A stretch of DNA of 64,000 nucleotides from an uncultured Candidatus Binatia bacterium (GTDB lineage Bacteria > Desulfobacterota > Binatia > UBA9968 > CAXXLF01). Position 1 is the stretch's first letter, and the number at the start of each line of letters is the position of its first letter. Shown here one piece after another: positions 9,752 to 17,636 of the stretch. The position numbers were made by a program, and so were the translations under genes. The stretch lies in contig OZ244621.1 in the NCBI GenBank assembly GCA_965218425.1, forward strand, positions 2,279,369 through 2,343,368. Reading direction: 5' to 3'. The notes below the pieces were generated by a model. That model had not been told where the DNA came from. It saw only the letters and a list, made by a program, of their open reading frames with translations, and did not search any database.

Positions 9752-10219
9752 TTATCCGTCGGCGAGCCCGGAGCGAACCTCCCGCATCGCCGTGGCGATA
9801 GCCTCGGTTTCCACTGCCATCTCGATCAGGCCCACCTCGTCGGCGTAGGTCTCGGGGTCCACCTGCTCCTTGATCTCGGGCTCGGTGATGTGGAAGACGG
9901 GGAGTTTCAAGCCGACGCCGCCGAGCGCTCCCGCCCAGGTCGGATCCCCATCGGTCATGGTCAGGCCGAACAGTTTGCTGCTCTCTGCGGTGGGAGTTCC
10001 GAGAAGGACAACGACACCGGCAGTCCCCGTGGCGTCTACCTTCCGTTTGATTTCTTCTTGACCTTCCAGGTCAAGCGCGCCCGACGCCGTTCAGACGAAA
10101 CAGTGGGTGAGTTCAAGGATGACTTCGGCGCCCGCGCTTTTCGCGCAAAGAGCGATGGAGTTGCCTTGAACGCCGTCTCTTTCTCCCAGAACAATGACTT
10201 TCTTCCCGTTCAGCTTCAT
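9752..10219 (-). CDS. grdA: glycine reductase selenoprotein A (GrdA) with in-frame Sec codon
   Basis: ATG at 10219 with GGGGG RBS. Translation MKLNGKKVIVLGERDGVQGNSIALCAKSAGAEVILELTHCFV-U-TASGALDLEGQEE... closely matches GrdA (…TECFVUTAAGAMDLE…). TGA at 10091-10093; 155 codons. Confidence 0.9.
10057..10075 (-). promoter_or_regulatory. hairpin 3' of the grdA Sec-TGA (candidate SECIS)
   Basis: CUUGACC-UGGAA-GGUCAAG perfect 7-bp stem, 16 nt downstream of UGA on the mRNA. Confidence 0.5.
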
Positions 10220-10335
10220 AACGCCCCCGTCATTCATATCGAGCCGAGACTACGACCTCGCCAAGCCGGAACATCTAGCAGAGGACAGTAGGCGGCAAGA
10301 AATCAACCTCTTGACCTTACTTTTCTTAAATTTAG

Positions 10336-10394
10336 CTTTGACCGCCGCATACCGCTTACTGCGAACTGCTTACTGGTTTCGCTTTGCGCGAGTC
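10336..10394 (+). repeat. 58-bp GC-rich intergenic repeat, copy A (between grdC and grdA)
   Basis: GCCGCATACCGCTTACTGCGAACTGCTTACTGGTTTCGCTTTGCGCGAGTCATC; ~93% identical to the reverse complement of 62384-62445. Confidence 0.8.
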
Positions 10395-10402
10395 ATCCCC
10401 GG

Positions 10403-11854
10403 TTAGTTTTTCGGGTTACGCTCCAATACAAAGGATAATCCGTCCGCCATCTGAGTCATGCGGCCTAAAAACAGGCTCCCTTTGGCCAAGAACATGGCTC
10501 GATCCATAGCCCCCGACACGATACGGTCCACTGCGTGCCCCAGGAAAGGGATCGCCGAGGCGATATGGCCCTGAGTCGGGGCATAACCGGGCATTCCGTG
10601 TGTTTCCGCAAAACTTGAAATCTCGTTAGGGGCGATCTCTTTGTTCCGCGCCGCCAGGGCGGCGATAAGCCTGTAGTTCGTCAACGGAACGTTGCCGTTT
10701 CCGGACGGTTCCGTCACCTCCGGGTTGTGCAGCTCGGTGGCGTACTTGTCGATATCCCCGAAGCGCAATTTTAGTTTCTGCAGCGGCTCGGCCACCAGTG
10801 AGCCGAAGACGGCCTGCTGGCTCGAGCCGGCACCCACCCGGTGCATACCGACGGAATCCAGCCTTAGCCAAGGATGTTTCCCGTCGTCCCCGGAGACGTG
10901 GATGGCAACTCCCGCCAAAACATCCTCCAAGACCGGTTGTTCGTGTTTGAGATGGCCTTGAAACTTCATCCCGAGTTTCGCCAGAGAGCCGCCCCCGACG
11001 ACCACCACATTGCGGAACACACCCGCGCTCACGAGGCTGCCGGCCAGCAGCAAAGCATGGTTCGGACCCGAGCAAAAGCCTTTGACGTCGACCCCGCTCG
11101 CCATGGAGCACCCGCACATTTCCCCGATGGCCTTCGCCAGGTTTCCTCCGCCGCGCTGGTAACGGTCGCCCACCGCCTCCTCGCCGCTGTTTAGAACATA
11201 ATCAATGGCAGCGGCCTGTGCGCCTTCACCCTTCAGGAGCGTCTTCAGGGCCACTACCGCCGTCGCCTTGCAGGCCAGGTTCTCGAGGAGAATGTCGGGC
11301 GCAAGGGAGCGGTCCTCCCGATCGCCCGGCAGGACGCAGCCCACCAATTGCCCGTCCCGCAGATTGAGGGGGAGCGCGGGCGACGGACCGTCGATCCGAG
11401 CCTCGATGGCGGAGAGCGGCTTGCCGTCGTTGAGGTTCGCGGCTTCCACCTTCCCGAAGAGCGGATGGAGTTCCAACGCCCGCCGCGCCGTCCCGAGAAA
11501 ACCTTCCTCGAGCCAAAGCAGCCCGAAGAGATCGCAGAGCTTCATGACGGCGTAAAACTCCTCTTCCGGCATGAATTCACCATGCCGTTGCCGCCGTTCC
11601 GTATCCTGTCTCACGGCAAACCAGGGCCGTTGGAGGGATTTCAGTTCATCGGGGTAGATGGATCCTAGAAATACCCGGTTCGGCGGATAGGACAAAGCGT
11701 CCTCGAAGGAACGGAGCCGCTCCCGAATTCGTTCGCTTACCGCCGCTTCCCGGACGATTTCACGCGCCGGTTTCGAGCCGTGGGTGACAAGTCCGGGCGT
11801 ATGAGATAAAAAGTAGCGAACGGCCTTGATGACTGGTTGATTTCCCGGGGGCAT
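10403..11854 (-). CDS. grdC: glycine reductase complex component C-like protein (GrdC-like, beta-ketoacyl-synthase-like fold)
   Basis: 483 aa; size and context (immediately upstream of grdA-grdE-grdB) fit GrdC. Assignment GrdC versus GrdD is from size only. Confidence 0.5.
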   Translation of the reverse strand: MPPGNQPVIKAVRYFLSHTPGLVTHGSKPAREIVREAAVSERIRERLRSFEDALSYPPNRVFLGSIYPDELKSLQRPWFAVRQDTERRQRHGEFMPEEEFYAVMKLCDLFGLLWLEEGFLGTARRALELHPLFGKVEAANLNDGKPLSAIEARIDGPSPALPLNLRDGQLVGCVLPGDREDRSLAPDILLENLACKATAVVALKTLLKGEGAQAAAIDYVLNSGEEAVGDRYQRGGGNLAKAIGEMCGCSMASGVDVKGFCSGPNHALLLAGSLVSAGVFRNVVVVGGGSLAKLGMKFQGHLKHEQPVLEDVLAGVAIHVSGDDGKHPWLRLDSVGMHRVGAGSSQQAVFGSLVAEPLQKLKLRFGDIDKYATELHNPEVTEPSGNGNVPLTNYRLIAALAARNKEIAPNEISSFAETHGMPGYAPTQGHIASAIPFLGHAVDRIVSGAMDRAMFLAKGSLFLGRMTQMADGLSFVLERNPKN

Positions 11855-11979
11855 GGTCCAGCACTATATCCATTAGGGGCTTACCGGGTCAATCCTGCTC
11901 GAAACGGACGGACACAGTTGAATACTCTCTCGCAATCCTACGTTTCCTCCCACGCCGAGGCTGCCGGGGCGAATCGCTG

Positions 11980-13479
11980 ATGATCCGTCTCTCAACGATT
12001 CCCAATCGGGCGCACCTGATCAACTGGTTTGAATGGGGGGAAGAGGCGTTCCGCGCGGCTCGAGGCCACAATAAGCCCTTGATGCTTTTTTTGCACGCCT
12101 TTTGGTGCCGTATCTGCCAGCGAATGGACGAGGACGCCTTCTCTAACGACGAGAATATCACGTTGCTGAACGCCTACTTCGTCTCGGTCCGGGCGGAGAA
12201 CGCGAAGCGGCCCGACGTGGACGTTCGCTACAATCAAAACGGGTGGCCCACGATTGTTTTCATGACCCCGGAGGGGGAACAGCTCGCCTGCGCGAACAGC
12301 CTTGACGCGGAGGCGCTCGGAAGCCTTTTGGTTCGGGTCTATGAGGCTAATCGGAAGATTCGAAACGAAGTTCGCGGGAAAAAGGGAACACTCGCACGGG
12401 CCCCACGCGAGGCCGCGAGTCGGCCGGACCCCATCGACCATCGGGACTCTGGCGTTTCGGAGATTACCCAGCTGATCATGGGGCTCGCCGACCGCGTTCA
12501 CGGCGGCTACGGGCATGGTCGGAAATATATCCATTCGGATGCGAACGATTTTTTGCTCTCCCGTTATGGAGCGGCAAAGAATTCCGACTATCTCGATCAC
12601 GTGTGTTTAACTCTCGACCGGATGCGGGAGAGTCCGATCCACGATCGTGAAGAGGGCGGGTACTACCGCACTGCCTCCGGTGAGGACTGGAGCGGCCCCC
12701 ACCGGGAAAAGCTTCTGGCGGATCAGGCGGGCATCCTTAACAACTGCCTGGGGGTTTTCGAGATCACTAAAAACCCAACCTATGCGCGTATGGGTGAAGG
12801 CATTATCGACTACCTGAATAACAGGCTTTTGGATTCTTGCAGCGGAACCTATTTCGGTTGCGAGGATTTTATTCGAAGCGAAGACAAGGATGCTTCTTCC
12901 CGGGCAGGGTATTTCTCCATCCTGGACGACTGTATTTACACGGACGCGAACGCCGACGCCATCGGCGCTTACCTCAGAGCCTATGCCGTGTTGGGCAAGT
13001 CGGCCTGCAAGGAGATTGCGTTAAAGGCGCTGGAATTCATCTGGGACAAATGCCGGAGTCCCCGAGGGGGAGTCTATCATTACTTCGACGGCGCGCCTCA
13101 CGGGCCGGGATTGCTCGATGATCAAGCGCGCCTGGGCGCGGTGTTGGTGCATGCATGGAAAGCCACCGGCGAAACTCGGTATCTGGACCGCGCGAAGGAT
13201 TTGGCCGAATTCATTCTGGCGAGACTGAGAAACCCGGCCGGCGGCTACTACGATCTTTCGGCGCCGGGAGCCGCATACCTCCGCTACCCGCTGACTCTGA
13301 TCGAACGGAACGGAGCCGCTGCGGCGTTTTTTTTCGCCCTCGCCGAGTCCAGAGGCGAGGCCAAATACCGGGACGCAGGGGTTTGGGCCATCGGCGCGTT
13401 CACGGGAGATTTCGGTCGGTACGGAATTCACGCGGCGGGGTTCGGTCGAGCGCTCGCTGAATTCGTGCGGCGTCCTTAG
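11980..13479 (+). CDS. DUF255 / YyaL-family thioredoxin-domain protein (thioredoxin-like N-domain plus alpha/alpha-toroid domain)
   Basis: N-terminal NWFEWGEEAFRAARGHNKPLMLFLHAFWCRICQRM (DUF255 thioredoxin-like with CxxC), long helical C-terminal domain. Confidence 0.7.
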   Translation: MIRLSTIPNRAHLINWFEWGEEAFRAARGHNKPLMLFLHAFWCRICQRMDEDAFSNDENITLLNAYFVSVRAENAKRPDVDVRYNQNGWPTIVFMTPEGEQLACANSLDAEALGSLLVRVYEANRKIRNEVRGKKGTLARAPREAASRPDPIDHRDSGVSEITQLIMGLADRVHGGYGHGRKYIHSDANDFLLSRYGAAKNSDYLDHVCLTLDRMRESPIHDREEGGYYRTASGEDWSGPHREKLLADQAGILNNCLGVFEITKNPTYARMGEGIIDYLNNRLLDSCSGTYFGCEDFIRSEDKDASSRAGYFSILDDCIYTDANADAIGAYLRAYAVLGKSACKEIALKALEFIWDKCRSPRGGVYHYFDGAPHGPGLLDDQARLGAVLVHAWKATGETRYLDRAKDLAEFILARLRNPAGGYYDLSAPGAAYLRYPLTLIERNGAAAAFFFALAESRGEAKYRDAGVWAIGAFTGDFGRYGIHAAGFGRALAEFVRRP

Positions 13480-13552
13480 TGCAAGCGGCTTGCGAAGGAT
13501 ACTCGCGCGGGATAAGACTTCACTCATCGACTCACCTAAGGAACGGGAGGAA

Positions 13553-13960
13553 AAAATGGCTGAAAGCGCGCTTCGAGGGAGTTGTCTTTGTAAATCGGTT
13601 CAGTATGAGTTGTGGCCGCCGTTAACGAGGTTTAACCACTGCTATTGCTCGAGGTGCAGGAAGGCCACGGGAGCCGTGCGGGCAACGAATCTCGGGGTGC
13701 CCGTCAACCAGTTCCGTTGGACCAAAGGAGAGGAGATGATCTCGCGTTACGATCTTCCCGAGGCAAGAAGCTTTGCCACGGCCGTCTGTACCCGATGCAA
13801 TTGTCCCGTGCCTCATGCCTCTCGGAACGGTGAGCAAATGGTTGTCCCCTCGGGTACGCTGGACACCGATCCGGGGTCCAAACCTACCGTTCACAGGAAT
13901 TGGGGCAGTCGGGTGAGTTGGGCGGCCCTGGACGAGTCCCACCTGCCGTGTGAAGAGTGA
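13553..13960 (+). CDS. GFA-family protein (glutathione-dependent formaldehyde-activating / CENP-V-like Zn domain)
   Basis: GSCLCKSVQYEL...CYCSRCRK...CTRCNCPV cysteine pattern typical of GFA domain. Confidence 0.7.
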   Translation, partial: KMAESALRGSCLCKSVQYELWPPLTRFNHCYCSRCRKATGAVRATNLGVPVNQFRWTKGEEMISRYDLPEARSFATAVCTRCNCPVPHASRNGEQMVVPSGTLDTDPGSKPTVHRNWGSRVSWAALDESHLPCEE

Positions 13961-14086
13961 AAAAAAAGTAAAAGGGTAAAAGTCCGTCCGGCGCCCTTAT
14001 GTTACCTGATGAGCGGACCCCGGGCACGGCAAATTCGTAAGATCGGAACGCCCGCCGCCGGGCTTAAGTTTGGGGTGGATTAATAT

Positions 14087-15274
14087 ATGAGTGGATTGCG
14101 CGTACTGGTCGGCACGCGAAAGGGAGCATTTATCCTGACTTCGGACGCAGTGCGCCGGCGGTGGCAGGTCAGTGGTCCCCATTTTGCGGGCTGGGAGATC
14201 TACCATGTGAAAGGCTCTCCCGTGGAACCGAACCGACTCTATGCATCGCAGTCCAGTGGCTGGTTCGGGCAGATCATTCAACGTTCCGATGACGGCGGCA
14301 AGACTTGGCATCAACCCGGTACACCAAAGGGGGAGCCCGCCGCCACCCCGCAAGGCATGCCCAAGAGCGAGAGCAACAGGTTCGTTTACGATTCGTCTCC
14401 CGAAACCGGCAAGCCGCTTACCACGCACCAGTCGTACGACGGCACTCCACAACCGTGGGAGTTCAAGCGAGTCTGGCACCTCGAACCTTCGCTGAGCGAT
14501 CCTGACACTGTCTATGCCGGAGTGGAAGACGCGGCCTTGTTCCGCTCCACCGACGGCGGGCAGACGTGGCAAGAAGTCTCCGGTCTGCGCGGCCACGGCA
14601 CGGGATCTTCATGGCAGCCGGGTGCGGGTGGGATGTGCCTGCACACGATCCTTCTGGATCAGAGCAACCCGAACCGGATCTTCACCGCCATTTCGGCCGC
14701 GGGCGCCTTCCGCAGCGACGACGCCGGCAAAACGTGGCAACCCATCAACAGCGGTTTGAAGTCCGAATACATTCCCGACCCAACAGCGGAGGTGGGGCAT
14801 TGCGTGCACCGCCTCGCCATGCATCCTTCGCGTCCGGACGTGCTTTTCATGCAGAAGCACTGGGACGTCATGCGAAGCGATGATGCCGGCGGATCATGGC
14901 GCGAAGTGAGCGGCAATCTGCCCACTGACTTCGGGTTTGCCGTTGACGTTCACGCGCATGAGCCTGACACCGTCTACGTGGTTCCCATCAAGAGCGACTC
15001 GGGGCATTTCCCTCCCGAGGGAAAGCTCCGGGTGTACCGCAGCCGCACGGGTGGAAACGAGTGGGAGCCGCTTACCAAAGGGCTGCCGCAGCGCGATTGT
15101 TACGTCAACGTGTTGCGCGACGCCATGGCAGTGGACTCGCTGGATTTGTGCGGCGTGTACTTCGGCACCACCGGCGGGCAGGTATACGCCTCAAGCGACG
15201 CGGGTGACAGCTGGATCCCCATCGTTCGGGATCTCCCGGCTGTGCTTTCGGTTGAAGTCCAGACTCTGCCATGA
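14087..15274 (+). CDS. BNR/Asp-box repeat protein (sialidase-like beta-propeller fold)
   Basis: Five SxDxGxTW Asp-box repeats ([40 protein letters not shown]). Confidence 0.75.
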   Translation: MSGLRVLVGTRKGAFILTSDAVRRRWQVSGPHFAGWEIYHVKGSPVEPNRLYASQSSGWFGQIIQRSDDGGKTWHQPGTPKGEPAATPQGMPKSESNRFVYDSSPETGKPLTTHQSYDGTPQPWEFKRVWHLEPSLSDPDTVYAGVEDAALFRSTDGGQTWQEVSGLRGHGTGSSWQPGAGGMCLHTILLDQSNPNRIFTAISAAGAFRSDDAGKTWQPINSGLKSEYIPDPTAEVGHCVHRLAMHPSRPDVLFMQKHWDVMRSDDAGGSWREVSGNLPTDFGFAVDVHAHEPDTVYVVPIKSDSGHFPPEGKLRVYRSRTGGNEWEPLTKGLPQRDCYVNVLRDAMAVDSLDLCGVYFGTTGGQVYASSDAGDSWIPIVRDLPAVLSVEVQTLP

Positions 15275-15567
15275 TCCGGGTGGCGCTCCCTACGCAACTC
15301 AAAAAACTCGCGCGGGTCGAGGGTGAGGTAAGGCTCCAAATCGAGGGTCCGGTCACGCAGGGCTCGGTTCTCGATGCCCTCGAAGCCCGGTATCCGATGC
15401 TCCGCGGGACCGTCCGCGATCAGGTCACGCAAAAGCGGAGAGCGTTCGTGAGATTTTTCGCCTGCGGAGAGGACCTGTCCCATGAAACGCCGGACACCGC
15501 GCTGCCTGAAAAGGTCGCCACGGGCGCGGAACCGTTTCTGATCGTTGGCGCCATCGCCGGGGGCTAG
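15271..15567 (+). CDS. MoaD/ThiS-family beta-grasp sulfur-carrier-like protein (C-terminal GG)
   Basis: 98 aa ending ...[10 protein letters not shown]; ATGA overlap with the upstream BNR gene stop. Confidence 0.6.
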   Translation: MIRVALPTQLKKLARVEGEVRLQIEGPVTQGSVLDALEARYPMLRGTVRDQVTQKRRAFVRFFACGEDLSHETPDTALPEKVATGAEPFLIVGAIAGG

Positions 15568-16042
15568 AGCCGGCAAGGCATCGTGCAAGTTGCTATTATG
15601 TCCCCGGAACTCGAAAGTAAATATGTCGAAGTCCGTCCCCGAATACAGGCGATGTTTGCGGCGAGAAAATAAATCCGTCCCCATTGATGATTACTGATTA
15701 ACTTCGCGGCCGTCTTCGAGTCTCAATCGGAGGCACTCATCACCGACGTTAAAGAAGCGGCTTTTGCACGTCCAGTCCTCACCTCGATAGTTCAGCTTTG
15801 CTTGTTTTCCCGGCAATCATGTTGTGAAAAGCAAAACGTAGAGGCGCGGCACGTATTCACTTATGCGGTGGACGAATCACAGGCCGCGGGAGATCGTCAA
15901 GATTGAAAGGCCTGACCCCGTGACCGTGACTGACCCCGGCCACACTCTCCACATCGCCCGTTGCCTTGACAGGCAATAGGACGAGTGATATTGCCAAAGC
16001 ACGGATACTCTGGTGCGATGAGGCAGTGACAAAGGAGGCGAG

Positions 16043-17527
16043 ATGGCTTTAGGGACGGCTGAGATTGTGAAAGACGGCACCGATAAACCTTCGCAGGCCC
16101 CCCTGCTTCTGACCCGCGACCTGCATGGTTTTGTCCGGGAGTACGAGCGGGCCTATCCCGACGAGGTGGTGCACATCGAGAAACCGGTCGACGGCAAATG
16201 GGAGATCACCGCTCTGACCATGAAGCTGGAGCAGGCGAAGCGGTTCCCTTTGCTGGTCTTCCATAACGTCCTCATTAACGGCAAGCGGGCGGAGATGCCG
16301 CTGATGACCTTCATGATGGCAAGCCGCCTCAGGCTCGCTCGCGCCATGGGGGTTACGGTGCAGGAGGCCGGGATAGACTGTTTCGAGCGGGTGCAGCGGC
16401 GCGTGAAGCCCGTGGTGGTCTCCCGGTCGAGAGCCCCGGTCAAACAAGTGATCGAGAAAGGGGCGGAGATAGACGTTCGGCGCTTTCCCGCGCCTCACCA
16501 TCACAAGATGGATCCCGGAAGGTACATCACCGAGGGACTGTTTCTGACCTTCAACCGCACGAGCGGCCTCGACAATTCCGCGTATCATCGCGGCTGGCTC
16601 TCGGGACGCGACGAGATTCGCGTCCACCTGGGTCCCCATTCACACAACAGACGCAATCTCCGGGAGTACGAAGGGGCCGGCGAGGACATGCCCGCCGCCT
16701 ATTGGATCGGCCATCACCCGCTGGTCCTCCTGGGCGCGGAAAACCATATCGGACCCGATGAGAGCCATTACGAGACCGCCGGGGGGACCCTGGGCAGTCC
16801 CATGAGGCTCGCACCGTCGGAAACTCTGGGAGAGAACTTTCTCGTGCCTGCGGACGCCGAAGTGGTCATCGAAGGCTACGTGCCCCGCAACCTGCGGGGG
16901 CCCGAGGGACCCTTCGGGGAATTCACGCGCTACGTGGGGCCCCAGAACTGGGGGCCGATGTTCAAGGTCACTGCGGTCACCCGCCGCCGGGACGCCTACT
17001 GGGACGACGTCATGGTCGGGCACACCCACTGGCTGAGCAGCCTGACCAAGGAAGGCGACGTGCTCCGGGCCGTGCGTAAGCTCGTCCCGGGCGCCAAAGC
17101 CGCCCATGCCCCTATGTCCGGGTGCGGCGTGATGCACATGTACCTCCAGATCAAAAAGACCCTGGAAGACCACGGCAGGTCGGCCGCCATCGCGGCGTTC
17201 GGCTCGAGCCCCGGGATCAAGCATGTGTTCGTCTTCGACGAGGACGTGGATATCTTCCAGGAGAAGGAGGTCCTCCTGGCGCTCGCCACCCGATTCCAGG
17301 CGGACCGCGGCCTCATCGTCTTGAACGACATGATCGGCACCGCCCTGGACCCCAGCTCCCCTGGAAAGACCCGAACAACCAAGATCGCCTTCGACTGCAC
17401 CAAGCCGTTGGGCAAGCCCTTCGCCGAGCGACTATCGATCCCGGAGGAGATCCTCGAAAAGATGGACCCGCTGGAGCTGGTGGGAGGGGATCGTTTCGAA
17501 AAGATCCCCATGGAGCCCTGGGGTTAA
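16043..17527 (+). CDS. UbiD-family (prFMN-dependent) decarboxylase
   Basis: 494 aa; UbiD-family signatures throughout (…GPEGPFGEFTRYVG…, …KHVFVFDEDVDIF…ATRFQADRGL…). Confidence 0.8.
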   Translation: MALGTAEIVKDGTDKPSQAPLLLTRDLHGFVREYERAYPDEVVHIEKPVDGKWEITALTMKLEQAKRFPLLVFHNVLINGKRAEMPLMTFMMASRLRLARAMGVTVQEAGIDCFERVQRRVKPVVVSRSRAPVKQVIEKGAEIDVRRFPAPHHHKMDPGRYITEGLFLTFNRTSGLDNSAYHRGWLSGRDEIRVHLGPHSHNRRNLREYEGAGEDMPAAYWIGHHPLVLLGAENHIGPDESHYETAGGTLGSPMRLAPSETLGENFLVPADAEVVIEGYVPRNLRGPEGPFGEFTRYVGPQNWGPMFKVTAVTRRRDAYWDDVMVGHTHWLSSLTKEGDVLRAVRKLVPGAKAAHAPMSGCGVMHMYLQIKKTLEDHGRSAAIAAFGSSPGIKHVFVFDEDVDIFQEKEVLLALATRFQADRGLIVLNDMIGTALDPSSPGKTRTTKIAFDCTKPLGKPFAERLSIPEEILEKMDPLELVGGDRFEKIPMEPWG

Positions 17528-17636
17528 AAGAGATTAGCTGAGGGAGATCCCAAACCGAAGGCGACCTCGCTTACGTTGATTCCCTCCGGGCTATTTGCAA
17601 ACGGCAATAAGGCAAGCCTGCCCCCTCCAAGTCGTT

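Noticed and set aside
10626-11555. Several 90-160-aa ORFs on both strands inside grdC
   Set aside because: All overlap the 483-aa GrdC-like gene in other frames; Arg/Pro/Gly-rich compositions; no independent support.
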